This document shows positions 37,823 to 52,200 of a DNA stretch of 64,000 bases, piece by piece. The stretch lies in assembly GCA_000320545.1 (NCBI GenBank), contig ADNK01000023.1, forward strand, positions 1 to 64,000, written 5' to 3'. This DNA is from Bigelowiella natans CCMP2755 (taxonomy: Eukaryota > Protista > Cercozoa). Each line of letters begins with the position of its first letter. Position 1 is the first letter of the stretch. The position numbers were made by a program, and so were the translations under genes. Below the pieces are notes generated by a model that saw only the letters and a list, made by a program, of their open reading frames with translations, was not told the DNA's origin and ran no database searches.

Positions 37823-39145
37823 CATGTTCCTATTATTCAGGGTAGCAGTAGTGGATGGGGATGGGTGGTTATTGAGTTGGAAGAACGAACAAGCTGCAGC
37901 TATTATACCAAAAGTGTTAGTTGGCACTAGGAAGAGGGAGGGGGTGAGGGGGAAGCGTCGATTTAACGCACGGGATAGCAGAAGCTATGTTATTCGCCAT
38001 CGTTATTATCATCACCACCACCACCACCACCACCACCAATCATCCTCATTATAGGATGGTGGCAGCAGCAGCGATGATAGTAAACATGGAGATTCGTAGC
38101 GGTGCCATAGCTGCAATCACTACAACATCTAACATTGCCCCCCCCCCCCTTCGCTCCTCACATTTAGCGTGAAGTAAGCCTGGACATCATGGAGAACGTG
38201 CTAGATGCAGCGTTGTATCGGCTTGTCCTCACCAATAGGAAAGAGGAGAAAGGATTGGACGAGGGGGAGGTTTGGGGGGAGGCCTTGGATCAGGAGGAGA
38301 AGCCAGCAACGGCAGGAAAGAAGGGAGACAAACAAGAACCCTCCCCCTCCCGTGCTGATGCCGAGGGAGGGGAGGAGAACGACCCACGAAAAGCGAATCG
38401 CCAAACGATAGAGCGCAACGACGGGGAATCTACGACAAAGGAGGCGGCAACGAAGAATCGAAGGAAGACGAGAAGCATGCCGTACCAGATCGTCCTCAGA
38501 GAACTCCCCGAAACAAGCGGCGGCCAGGCGCGGCGCTACCAGAGGGTAGGCAGCAGCATCGAAATCAACACGCAGCATCCGGACTTTCAGGGCCGCGTGC
38601 GGCAGCGGAGGGGACGCATGCAGTTCAACGAGCGGCTCTCTGCGTACCTCGCCAACGTCATCACCGCCTCGTACAAAGACGTCTTTTACGAGGACCGAGG
38701 CCAGCAGCCCGACCGGGGGCAGATCTACGACGATATGTTGCGCGATGCGGCACGATTAGAGCAGCATCTCAAGCGCCAAATGCCAAGGTACAGCTTTGCC
38801 CATCATCCCTAGCACTGTGCGAGTGGTTGCGGGAGATTATGCCAGCGCGAACGCTACACCGACGTATCAAACATCTGTTTCTCATCATCATCATCATCAT
38901 CATCGTCATCATCCCTCTCGAGAGGAGGGAGGGCCAAGGGATGATGGATTTGAATATATTTATGATGTGCTTGCCGTGGCTGTCTACACGTTTATACGTA
39001 ATGAGCCTGCCGGATAATGATACGACGTGTGATGGATGGTTATTATCTCTCCCCCCCCCCCCTTCTCAACACCATTAGGTTACAGAGGGAATTGGAAAAG
39101 GTCGGGAAAAAGGCACCGTCTGGTCGCAAGAAAGACAAAGCTTAA
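36017..39145 (+). CDS. GHKL ATPase of the MORC / HATPase_c_3 type (prokaryotic MORC-like), multi-exon
   Basis: Bergerat-fold motifs: LMEYIDNAID (N-box), VRDNARGM (G1), GQFGFGMHAF (G2), GTEVIL (G3). Second-domain motifs LVGYIEV and PVITRDEF; C-terminal IEINTQHPDF; last exon LQRELEK...KA*. Confidence 0.82.
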
Positions 39146-39905
39146 ACGGCAAAACCAACCTCGAGAAATGTTACAAGCGAAGACAAAGAACGCAGCATAT
39201 ACACGCAAGATAGAGGCTGTCATTGTTGTCAGTTGTGAGTGGATTCTCGGTGTCACATGAATGATGAAGCTATCCCCTTACTTTCTACCTACTAGCCACG
39301 AGTTGCGCTTTTATAAGATCCATTAGCTCATAGTGTCTCCTACATGTAGTATTTCATCACGCCTATCGATCTTTATCTAGTCTCTCCAAATGATTGTTTT
39401 TGAGTCACGGCATCTGTAACGTACTAAGCATGAATGGCAGCAACTAGCTACATTCATGACTAGCTGTTTGTACTATTTTGTGATTGAAAAATGCAAATAC
39501 ACATGATGTAACGCACAGCGCTGCACTGGTGATGGTTTTTTATGTACACACGCACGACTTCGAAGCATCCCGCACAAGCTGACTGAGTAGCACGTAAGCA
39601 GCACGCATGTCATTAGCGGTCAAATGCAAATGCTGCCGAGTCTGTAGAACGATCGAGAGGAAGCGACGACGACGCAAATGCATGGCCGCACAGATTATGA
39701 ATGAATATCTTGCTTGGCAGAAAACTATGCTTCATGTCTATTAGAACTGCTCGAAGTGGTGAAGAAAAATGAACAAAAGAAGTAAATATAATATATTTGC
39801 TGAGGTATCATATTGCATATATCTGCTGTTTTATCGACGGCGAGCAATCGAACACAGCGTGGTCGTCAGCTGTATGTAGCTCTCGTAGATCATGTGAATA
39901 TATAT

Positions 39906-40194
39906 CTATTTCCCCAACGCCATCAGATCGGTGTCACCGAATTTGCGAGGGGGGGGTCTGTTCGGTAAGACCCTTCGCCGCCCATGCTCGCCTCCGACAG
40001 AACTTGCACGCGTACGCGCGAGGAGTCATTGGCATCGCTTTTTTCGTTGCTAGAAGGAGAACAGCCGGGGGGAAGAGAGTCATATAGAGAACGTGCACGA
40101 TAATGTTGGTTTGGGTGATGGTGACATTTAGTAATGGTGGAAATTGAAAGATCGCTGGGTCAGGAAAAGAGACGATGATATCTTTTTCCTAGAA

Positions 40195-40235
<41 letters not shown>

Positions 40236-41661
40236 ATAACTACGACGATTGCCACTACTTCTTACTACTGGTGTCTCATGGTGTTGCGTTCGGATGCGAC
40301 TAGAAGTACAAGCAGCAGAGAAAGTAGTTGTAGTGGTAGTAGTAATAATACATAGGGTGGTGTTGTTGTATTACAAGAGATCACTCTGTGCAACATGCAA
40401 ACGACTACTTTTGAGCCGGAAGTACAATGCGGACGGTGGTGGTGGTTGGTACTCTCTCCCCCTCCTTCGCTTCGCCCTGGTGGTTGCGTTTTGGAGTAGC
40501 AGAAAGCCCGTTATTCCGGATATCGAGATGGTGATGAGGCTGCCCCATACTCTCCGCATCCCCCCCCATTTTCGAGAGGGGAGATGGAGAAGATTCGCTG
40601 AATCGATATCCTTGTGGTGTCTGTATGTAGGCCCGCATCATTTACACGCAGAAGGCAGTAGATAGTCAACATCAGCTGATCAGGCACCACCCAAATATGC
40701 GAGGAGAGCAGAAAATAGGGAGGAGGAGCGGCGGGGTACACACATAAAAAGATTATCCCCCCCGCCCCTGAAACGAAAGATTTCTTCATGGAGAACGGAG
40801 GTCTCTCGTGCAGGAGATGATGTGTACTTGTCCACCAGCAAATACTCAAACGACAAATAACACCAACCCTCGATCATTTCACTCCAGGTCACCATATTAG
40901 CAGCATTAGCATCATCGTTGTTAATCATTTTTATCGTGTTATTCAGGAGCACGAGGGGGAGGACTGCTACTTCTTCCATCACCTGCATCGTCGGATAGGG
41001 GGGGTATGGCAGCCCGCCGAACGCCATCTGTGTAGGGTTGGGGGGGATGGGGAGGGGAACATCCGGTGAAGGAGGGGCCATCAAATCACGGTTTGTCGGC
41101 TGCCAAAACGGGGTTCCGCCATATGCTTGATTGTAGGGGTTTCCATACGTCGCAGCAGGATATGGGTTTATGCCACCACCCCCACCAGCACCAGCAGCAG
41201 CAGCGTTGGTACTGGTAGCAGGGGGGACAGGAGGCGTGTAGGGAGGTTGCACAGCCATATTTATAGCTTCAGGGCCGAGTAGCGTGTTACCAGGGTTGGC
41301 CATCACGGTTTTCGCTGTTTGCTCCACCGGCTGAGTTTTTAGAGGAAGCAGTTATAACAAGTGGTAGTGCAAGTCTATTTCTCTATACTTCAAGTCTGGA
41401 GGGAGGAGGAGGAGGAGGAGGAGGAGGAGGTGTGGGCGTGTATATAGTGAATAGCCGAGAGGCAGCACATGACAATAATTGTTTGGAGCTGGGTCAGTAC
41501 AATGCATTTCACTATCATCATCGTATACGGAGTTAATGTTATAAAATGAATCATCACCTGAATAGCCGCGGGCATTGGCATCATCGCCGTGTATGGATTG
41601 TAGACTCCTCCAGGTGGATACATGGGGTACATCCCCGCTTTACCGACAGCTACTTGTTGTC

Positions 41662-41707
<46 letters not shown>

Positions 41708-42495
41708 GTGCTTGTGCTGTCGAAAGTGGCGTGCATTTGTGTTCATAGCGGATGAGGATGCTGCAGCAGGAGTCACGATTGAGTCGCCATAAGTTCCGAC
41801 GGCAATTGCTTGCCCATTCGAGCTGGATGCTGCACGTACTTGCTGCTGCTGCTGCTGTTGTGTCATTGCTGTTCCAGATAGCGAATCAAAGGAGGACGAC
41901 TTATCGCGGAAACGCGGCTCTGTGGTATAGTTGCTTGGGTTCCTCTCCTCCTCCTCATCATCAGACCTACTTTCGATGCTGCTCGCTGCGGTCCTCTCCA
42001 GTAGCATTAAGTGGGTTTTATTGAGGAGAGAGGCAGACGAGGTGGGAGGTGGCATGGCGGCAGCAGCGCTTTCTTCTCCAGCTCTAAGAGTGATCGAAGC
42101 ATGCTCGTTGGCGGCTGCTTTGGTGGCGATGGGGCTGACTCGCAAGTTCGCGCTGACCTTTTGGCCACCAGCCTGCCTCTCACGACGTCGCTCGTTGGCA
42201 CGAAGCTTCTTCGGAGACTCCCACCATGGCTTTGACTTGCGCTCCTCCTTTCTTGTGTCCCCACCCTCTTCCTTAGAACTCGATCCTTTTCCTCCCTGAT
42301 GCACTGTCGATGAGAGTCGCTGTTCTTCTCTTTGCCTCTGCTGATGCTCTCGCAATCGCACCATGGGCGCCGATACCTGACCCTCCTCCCGCGCTTGCTA
42401 TAGTTTTGGAAAATATGCCGCCATGTGGTCATTGGTTATCGACAGGCATAAGAGAGCATAACTATGTTGTTAACCCTTCCACTTCACAAGGTCTC

Positions 42496-42539
<44 letters not shown>

Positions 42540-43079
42540 CCAATTTCAATCTCGTTCTCTCTCCCAATCTTTCTCCCCCAGTATCATTTAGCGAGAATCT
42601 AGATTATTCATGTGTATGAGGATAAGCTCTATTCATTAAATTAGATACGTGGTATTATTAGAGCCCACCACAATCTTGTGAGTCTGCTTCGTAGAGGACC
42701 CTCCGGTAGCAATGAAGGAAGATGGCGTGCTATATGCCGATGAGTGAAATGGAGAAGAAGCAGCAGCAGCTACAGTGGTGCCTAAGCCGCCTCCTCCCTG
42801 AAGAAAGGAATCTTGATGCGGCTCTCGATAGTTTCCCTTAATGGCTATCCTATGCTGCTGCCTCTGGTTGTTCTTCTTCTTGGAGGAGATACGTGACACC
42901 TTAAACTCAGCAGGGCCTGTTGTAATAGGTACACCCAGCTTTAGTGGTGATATTACAACATATATGTACTTATTATATATATATATAATAACCAATATAT
43001 GTTTTTGGACGAGGCCCTTGCGGCAGCTCCTCTGTCCTCTGCGTTACATCCAGCTGACTCCTATGAAAATTTGTCACAC

Positions 43080-43110
<31 letters not shown>

Positions 43111-43773
43111 GTGTAAGAGTGAGAAAAAAGGGTGGGACAAGACCTCAAGATAGAGAGGCAGCATGAGCGGGAAAAGAAGAAGGAAGAAAAGGCGGAGGAG
43201 AAGGCAATATGGTCCCTAATATTTGTTTCCTTCGCCTGCTCACCAAGAGTCTCCTTCCCCCCCTCCTAACATCAACATTCCCATCCTTACCCCACTCCTT
43301 ATCCACACTAATATTAATCATTGATAGAATATTATTGTGCATACCACGGAGCCTTGAGGTCCATGCTTGTCAGCCTTTCCTTGGTCGATATCGGTTTCGT
43401 GCTGTAATCTACAGGAGGCGTCAGCAGAGGAACTCCATCTCCAGAGCTGGAAGCGAAGCTCTGATACACATGAGAGAAGGAGGAGGAGGAGGAGGAGGAG
43501 GAGGAGGAGGAGGAGGAGGAGGAGGCCACGTATGTGTTTTATCATTTCAACAAACAATAACGATGTTGCTGGTTGTAAGTACGAGATCGTGACGACGTGT
43601 AAAAGAGCGATGAAGAAGAAGTGATCGCGAAGCTAGCATACTAGCGGCAATGAAAGAAAAAATAGGAAGAGCAAGTGGACCTCACGGGTGAGGTTATGTC
43701 CCAGAACCCCATTCTGCCAGGTAAGAAGAGCCAGCCCCTTCAGTACCAAAGTTATCATCTCGAGGAGCTTCAT
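39906..43773 (-). CDS. Hypothetical low-complexity Q/P/S-rich protein, multi-exon, possibly secreted
   Basis: Long minus-strand ORFs 41390-42364 and 40680-41327 plus upstream exons; possible hydrophobic N-terminus MKLLEMITLVLKGLALL. Both ends are uncertain. Confidence 0.45.
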
Positions 43774-44326
43774 CTGAAATAAATGTTAACGGAGACCGCT
43801 TATCAGAAAGAACAATTTGCATTCGACAGAGTAGGACTCTTACACCTTTTGCACCTTGGTAAATGATCACTCGTAGATTATGTAGATTAGTTAGATGGTC
43901 GAGCGGCCTCCTGCTGTTTAGCAGGTGTGCGGCGCCATTGAGAGCTTCAACAGCGTCCACCCCCGACGATCGAATTCAAAAGGTTGTTGTTCAAAATTAG
44001 CCGAAATGTTAAACTTTTTTATTTGGTAAATAATTAATCGAAACTTTCTCGGTCAGTCCTCCCGAGATTCTCATCAAACTATCGACCGAAAAATTCCTGT
44101 CGCACGACGTAATCCTGAGGGGTAATCCCAGTCATCGATGGCGAAATTACAACATCTCAGGAGTCGTAGGAGTAGTTTTCCGCCGTTCATCTGGCAATGG
44201 AAACTCCCTATGTAATTATCCTGCGACAAGCGAGTAATAGCTTTTCGATGAATTTATACCCGAGCGATTGAGATACCTGTAGTAACGCCGACAACGGGAT
44301 ACTTGGGTTGGGGGGGAGGGGAAGGG

Positions 44327-47300
44327 ATGTTTTCAATTTTACTGGTTTTATGGCTACGTTTTCCCATTGCCGTGCAGGGAATCCCCGTGCAGAATCGTTT
44401 GACCAATTCCTTCAGAGTGTATCCAATGGCTGCGTCACCGACGACATGCATCTTTTACGCCGGAGCTAATTTAACACTCAATAGCGCCACCCTCGAAAAA
44501 CATCGTATAAGTGCCTATCTAGTAACCACTGCAACTGACGTTGCTCTTGTTGTGAGTGACGGCCTGGGGAGCTTTACCCTGACACAGGGACCACAAATCC
44601 AGGAGAATCAGCATTGGAGAAAGGTCGTCAGATTTTCAGGGAATTATAGCTATGCATTTTGGATCTACTGCTTCGAGGATACCTCCCTCCTCAAGATGGT
44701 AGGCGTGCAAATCTACAAAAATATGGCTGGTAGAGTTGAAGTTAGCTATGATTCCGCTGGATACACCTCAATTGGAAACGTGGGAATCGATTGGAGCAAT
44801 GATACGGAGATAATATCGAGATGGGAATCTAGAATAGCGGTGACCCCAGGGGATTACAACGTCAAAAATATTATTGCCACAAAGTTTTCGTGTCCAACGC
44901 CAGTGCCGACTACGACCACAAATCCGAGCTCAGTACCCACGCTTTCGCCCACAAGTTCGCCACAAACAAGCGGTGACAAACTTCCACAGGTCTTCCTCAC
45001 CCACTCCTTTTTGGAAACAGAAGAATGTTAAACGAACTCTTTCGCCTTATCTTTTGTGTGGTTAGGGAATGTCGCTCTGGCTAAGAGCCGATGATTTAGT
45101 CGGATCTAATGGCTCCAGGGTTGCCAGTTGGGAGGACGCATCAGGGAATGGCAGAGTTCTCAGTTCCTCGGGAGATCCCAATTTTGACCCAATCTTACTC
45201 CGAAATCGTATCAATGGGCATAACACCGTCTCTTTCATACATCACTCGTATCTCCAGGGGTTAGGATTTAAGGATGACCCCCCTTACTCGCCTTTCATCT
45301 CAACTTCGGGTGCTACAATGATTGCTGTCGCCCATGATATCCAAAATGATGGAACTCGATCGTGGTTCGGGGGCGAAGGCACGTGGACACCCAAAGGGCT
45401 TGAAGTAAACGATATCAGGAATCATAAATTCGAAGTATACAGTGGCACTAGTTACGGAGGAAGTACAACAGTATGTAACCCTGGCTCTCAGGATTCTCTA
45501 TTCACATTTGCATTCAGGATAAGTTTGAGCAACCGTACGCAAGATCTCTTCCGCTGTGGGGTCAAATTTACATCAGGAACGTCCATATCAGCCTTGAACT
45601 CGACAACACTCGGTCCTGCTTATTTCACTCTTGGAGCCCAGTCGAAGAGACAAGACCTCACACCAACGAGATTCATGAAGTCAATGACGCCAGAACTTAT
45701 AATTTACAATCGGACACTGAGAGATTCAGAGATGGCGACTGTCCACTCCTACCTCAAAGCGAAGTATTCGGCTTGCATCACCTCGTCACCCTCGATCACG
45801 CCGACGCAGTCTCCCACCAACGGGCCTTCCAATGCACCGAGCTTTAATCCGAGTACTACTCCTACATCCTCACCTACGTCCTCACCTATTCTGGGCACGC
45901 AAGCGCCTTCCAATGCACCGAGCTTTAATCCGAGTACTACTCCTACATCCTCACCTATTCTGGGCACGCAAGCGCCTTCCAATGCACCGAGCTTTAATCC
46001 GAGTACTACTCCTACATCCTCACCTACGTCTTCACCTATCCCTCGGAGCGCAACGCCCTCGCAGACGCCAAGCATGATGCCCTCAGGCATGGTATTAAGC
46101 ATAGCAGAGGAAACAATATTTGCCAATAATGATGCTGATGACAATGCTGATAACGGGGGTGATGGTGATTACAGAGTTTTAACGATGATGATATAAATAT
46201 GATGACGATCGAATCCATAGGCTAATCTTTTTTTTTTAGTAGTCGTAGTTATGGAATTATATCACGTAATCGCTGCATGTTGTATTGCCCCCCCCCTCCT
46301 TTATCCCAAAGCCGGAAACTGATGCCCCCTCGCAAAGCCCGACATCGCTCCATCCCGCCACAATCGCCCCCACAATGATGCGCCCCCTGCTACTTTCGGA
46401 GGCAAGATTTAGCAACACGTTCACGCGCATCGAACTGCGATTCAGCGAGCCAACAAACATGCCTCAGCTTAGCTGTGCAGATCTGTTCCCAAATTCTACA
46501 CTAGCACGTTTGGGAGACACTCCAAATTGCGTTTGGTCTGAGGCAACCTGCTTAGGTGGTGGCAGTAGAATGGAGAGGGAAAGGAAGACAAAAAGCAAAT
46601 TTCACCTTGACACCACCAGCACCCTTTTTTTCACCTGATTCAATTTGTAGTTTCGCCACTCCCACGCAAACATCTGGCAAGCATATCCTTATCTCCTTGT
46701 CTCCTTGTCCTCTCCTCCGAAGATTCAATGTCCTTACACTGCTTTCTCTTGTTCGCAGGCATAGACCTCGGCACTGGCTACACCGTGGGCCTTCATGGTA
46801 ATGTGAGTATTAGGGGAAATATTATCCATCATCAACGATCCGACGCCTATCTCATAGCTACGAGCACGCTAGTGTTAGCCCCCTTGTCGCCAAAACTCCC
46901 CCAGGCTGTACTGAGCGGTCCGCAATCCATTGGTGGATGTGAGAGCCTAGTGCTCACTAGTGAGGCCTCGACTGGCAGCCTTGGACATCCGTTCACATAC
47001 GAGTGGCACTATGTCCCCTCTTTGTCCTTGCCATCTCCCTCGTTAGAGCTTCGGGCGAACCTTAGCCTCCTTCTAGGGAACTTCTCCAAGGCCGCAAGGA
47101 TCTCTATTCTACCAACCGTACTGCCACCAGGAACGCACACCTTTACTGTGAGAGTCATCAACTGGGTCAATCTGAGCAGTAATGCGACGTGGACGGTGGT
47201 AAAGTATGCCTCGAGCAAGGCTGTGCCGGTCGTATCGTTTCCCCTGGGCGACGTGCTCACGGTGAGCCGCACAGAGAGCGTCGCCATCCCCGTCGAAATA

Positions 47301-47555
47301 CTCCCTCCGGCGTGCGAGCAGCATACCCGTGGCGTCGGGCAGATGAAAGCGAGAGTTCACTGGTTTCAAATTGGTGCTGGGGATGGTACTACTGTGGAGT
47401 TCGTGCCTAATAGGAAGTTGCTGCGCATTCCCTCGAACACACTATCGATGGGGGAGACGTATTATTTCATGGCCAGAGCTCGTTCGGTCAGGAGAAGTGG
47501 ACAAATCGTCGCAGAGGTACTTAATGCTGTTGCTGCAGCTCTGCAATCTCTAGAG

Positions 47556-47589
<34 letters not shown>

Positions 47590-49261
47590 AATGATATCGT
47601 TGTGACGATGACGGTGAAGACAAGGAATAAAGACAGAGAATGTGTGCTTGTTGAGGTGCCCCCATTGTGTAGAAACGAGGTGGAATCTGATGAGAGAAGA
47701 AACACGCTGATGCGGGGATGGTTCTCGCACAGATCTTTCGTTACGACTGCGGCTTTCTTCGCGTTCTTCACAATCACACAGCCTCCTGTCACGTCTTCTC
47801 GCACATTGTAGGTAAACGCGACCGTAACCGTCCATGTGGAGGTCGAAGACCTCCGCGCGTTCATCGAAGGCGGCAGTGAGATCACAATTCCAGTGCTACC
47901 AGCAGAGCCGACCCTCATCCTTATCTCCGGGGAGAAATCCAATGACCCATCGGGAGCTAGGCTTTTGTTCGCATGGACTTTTTCTGATGTGGCGACGGGA
48001 TCTGCAATCAACCTGCAGGGGACAAACATGTCGCAGTCCGTGCTCCGCCTTAACACTACGCTCCTGAGCCCTAACAGAATATACAATGCCACCCTTAAGG
48101 TTGAAAGAGAGGGGGGAAAGAGAAAGGGGGGGGAGGAGTGGAGGAAGACGATGGTGATAGACTAGGACGGGGAACACAGAGTACCATGTAAATCAACGCA
48201 ACAATACCAATCTTTACTGAAATTTACACGTATTGCTTTCATTAGGTTGTCAGCTCGATACCTCTCGGGCAAAATTTCTCTTCATCTGTTCCTGAGCGAA
48301 CCGATGTCGCCAACCAGCTGATCCGCACTGTATCCAGCAAGATTCCTACCATCTACACTACTATCATCGACTTCGCCTCTTCCGACCGCGAAGCAGCCCC
48401 TCCGTTGACGGCCAAGCGAGTGACACGTGTTCGGGCCGAATCGAAGTTAGGGCTCAAGGCCACCGTAAGCAACTTCGATCGCGAAGAGCTATCCTTCTCC
48501 TGGGAATGCACATCCGAAAACTTAAATCTTTCTGCCTTGGCCAGCAGCAACCAAGGTAACGATGTTGGGAAGAAATTGCTCACATCGACCCGTAACTCCG
48601 CGCTAGTACTCGCTCCGTCCACGCTGGAGACGGGCGCAGAATACTCCTTTGTAGTGCGAGTGGAGAGCAGGGCGCTTGGCACAGTCTCCACCTCTTCCAT
48701 AAGTATCAGGACGAATAGGCCTCCCGCGCTCGGATCCTGCACATCGGTGCCATCATCAGGCTTCGCATTGCAGACCGAGTTTCGCCTCCAGTGTCTAGGT
48801 TGGATGGACGACGATCTGCCCCTCACCTATGAGTTTCTCCAACACGAGAACAGCTCGGATACGTAAGTTTCACATGGCATTCATTCCCCCAACAGCGATA
48901 TGACCATAGCGATAAAGATGGGGAGAAGAAGAATGAAATGGCATATAGGTGTTAGTTGAGGCTGGCGAGGAGACGTCGAATCATTTCGAGATTTGTGCAT
49001 GTGTGTGTGTATGTGTGTGTGTGTGTGTGTGTGTGAAAATGTTGCCTTTGCATAGGTATATTGGACTGATGCTGAAGGGAGCAACACCATATGTAACCAC
49101 GCTGCTTCCAGGACCGTCTGAGGGCGAGAGTGGCATGATCAATCTCGTAGCGAGGATTTCCGACAGCCTTGACTCAAAGGTTGACTTCGGTTTTTCAACG
49201 GAGGTCACAACGGACACTGTCAACATATCCACGGTGCAAGAGGTGATAACATAGTTCGTGA

Positions 49262-49292
<31 letters not shown>

Positions 49293-52200
49293 GAGAGAGA
49301 AAGAGACCGTTCCCCTTGCATAGTCGTGTGAACGTGCAGCACGGAAACAGTGGCGATGGTAGGGTTGAGAGAAAGCAACGGGAAGATGAAAAGTATTCTC
49401 CTCGCCTTATTCCTCAAATACTCCCTCATCATCCTCTTAGCAAATTGATGCTGCGCTGAGCGATGGAGACGTGTTGACGCTGGCGCCTCTGATCAAAGGT
49501 AGTATTGGATACACCCGAAGCAGTGTCGTTCCCACCGGTGGCGATGCGGTCTCGACGAGGGCAAAAGCCGCAGTGGTGAGTAATCTGATAAATTCATTGG
49601 ACAATATAGTTCTCAGCGAATTTGTGAACGAAGAAATATCGATCCTGACGCCGATAGAGCTTCTATCTACCGTCACAGCCTTTGGTGACCCGTGCGAGCT
49701 AACAAACACCTCAAGGCAGCTGGCGGCCAACATCGTCACCAACCTCACCCTCTCGTCGCACAACACGTTCGTTTCGCGTGGCGTTCAGTCGTCCGCCAAA
49801 GTAATCGGAAACCTATTTGCGTCAATGTCATGTACGGACGATGGCTATGATGGCGAAGCCGCAGCCAAAGACATAACCTCCCAGGCTACGGAGGCGTTCT
49901 TTGAAATGGGTACGGGCATGTTACTGTCGCTAGAGGCCGGAGAAGACGCCGCTGAAGTAGTTGAAAGCGGTATGATGATGACCGTGAAGATGCTATCAAC
50001 GTCCACTGCCAGCGACAGTAGCAGTTTGACGGTTCTCTCATCAAGCACTGGGATTGAGGTCGACGTCTCCAACGCCTCCTTCTCCGCAGAAACGGCAGGC
50101 GTGACAATGATTTCATCCTCTAGCCAATTCTGGCTTCCTTCGAATAGAAGTAGCAGCTGGAGTCTCATCACACCTTCCATCACCATCAGCATCACGGACC
50201 TTAACACAACAGCAGAATCCCCAGCCAGCGGGAACCAGACCGACTCCCCGATTCGCATCTCCTTCCCTGTTCAAAGTTTGTCGGCAAAACCAGCATTGTT
50301 CCGTCAGCGTTTCTCTGACAACAGTCCGTCCGGTGCTGACACTGACCTGCAACTTTTAACCTCGAGCGACAACTCCTCTCAGGAGCTGGTGTGTTCTTGC
50401 TGGGTTTGGAATGAGACCGCTTCGGTGTGGGAGGAAGCAACCACAGGCACCACATCTGTTGGAGCAATAACGTGCGACGTGGATTCAGTGGGCTCTTATG
50501 ACGCAACGTCAGTACAAGACATTTTTTCCAAAAGGATAGGGGAGGGGGAGAGAAGGGTAGGGGGATTGGGGGGCAGGGCAAAGGTATGCTGGTGGATACA
50601 CAAACGCACATACTTAACACACACACATATATATGTTGATACTTATAGAGCCCTAAAACCTGGCCGACATGCAACAACTAACATCTAATTCCAAACGGAA
50701 TTGGGAACATAGAAGGTTGATCTGCACTTACTGAATCTACACTTTGCTAACCTCATTCAGATACAAATGGGCCCCAAGTGTAAACATCAACACATTCAGC
50801 GCGAGCGACGTCAAACTGGAGGCGTTTGCATTCGATCAGCCCATTTCGGTGCTGTGTTTTATAGTCGCGGTGCTCTATCTAGGCCTTGGCGTCAAGGCAT
50901 GCATCAAGGACACAAAGAACGCCGGTGACAGTATGCATTCATGGAAGCAGCACAGGTGAGAAAGGATGATTGTCGTACTCTGCATAAGTTATGCATAAGT
51001 TATGGATCGTGACAATGGTCACAAATGTAGACATTCGCCTTCCCTCTTCGTTTTTGCTTTATTTCCTTGTCCCTTCATCTCTGCTTTGCCTTATCCTACC
51101 CTCATCTCACTGTGATCGGTGCTGTTTGTGCGCGCGCGCGCGTGCGTATGTGTGCGTGTGTGTGTATGCTTCCTTGCGCCCTCTCCTCTCTTTTATATCC
51201 CTCCAGCGCCCACTTCAGACATATTCGACAGCGAATGACCGAGGAATTTTGGCGGATGGAAAACATGGCTGTTGAGCAGCGGCTTCACAGCGACCGCTCG
51301 TTTGGGTCGTGGAGAAAGATGATGCGCTGGAAGTTTCAGACCTCGAATGCGTGGTTCTCGCCGTTTTTCCACCATCCTGGAGACTTCCTCACTTCTTTCA
51401 AGAGACTGACAGTGCTCTTGGTGCTGGTGTTTAGCGGAACGGCGGTTTGCTCGTTACTCGAAGGGCAGACGCAGTCATTGCCTCTTCTCGGAGGGCGCTT
51501 TTCAAGAGCGATCGTAGGGATGTTGTTTGCGTTTCCCGTACCGTACGTAGCTAGCCGTCTCTTCGCTCGGCTTAAGCCCAAAGACTTCGAGGTTGAATTT
51601 CAGACTGAAAGTCTACGCTGTGGAGGTAATAGATCATGTATCTAGAAAATATAAATACATATATATATTTGTATATATTCATATTCGCGTATCCATGTGT
51701 ATGTGTATGTTTATGTGCATGTTTATGTGAATTATGTGTGTTCGAAGACAAGTTGAATATTCTTCTGGAATGTCTATCAGCCTATGTTCCATATGCATCA
51801 GATATGTCCATACAAAGTTTTCAATAAGAATCCAATTTATTCTCTATATTATGTTGCATATTCAGGACTGCTGCTCTTTGCGTCATTGTTGCTCGAATCA
51901 TCGGGGTCGGATGGCTTTTCCTTTCTATCGAGTTTCGCCGGAGCGGCGATCGGCCAGGGCCTTGGCAGCAAGGCAGTCAAGTCATTGACGCTTCGACTTC
52001 GCGTTAAGTTCTCAAGACTGCGCTTCTACATGCTGGAAATGTCACAGCGGGAGCAATTTGGCTTTTACTTTCGCTTCGCCCTTGCACGCTACTTTCATGT
52101 CCCAGAAAACACAGTGAACATCATCACAATCGACGATGGACGTGATGATGCGGATCGCGCTTCCCCAACTTCTTCTTTGGTGAGCGGCAGCAGCAGCGTC

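Noticed and set aside
45824-46039. CRISPR-like repeat array
   Set aside because: In-frame coding tandem repeat without unique spacers, in a eukaryotic gene with no cas genes.
3441-51827. Many short ORFs with poly-CV, HT, LS, IY, I, M or Y runs
   Set aside because: They are translations of intronic microsatellites or antisense shadows of real exons.
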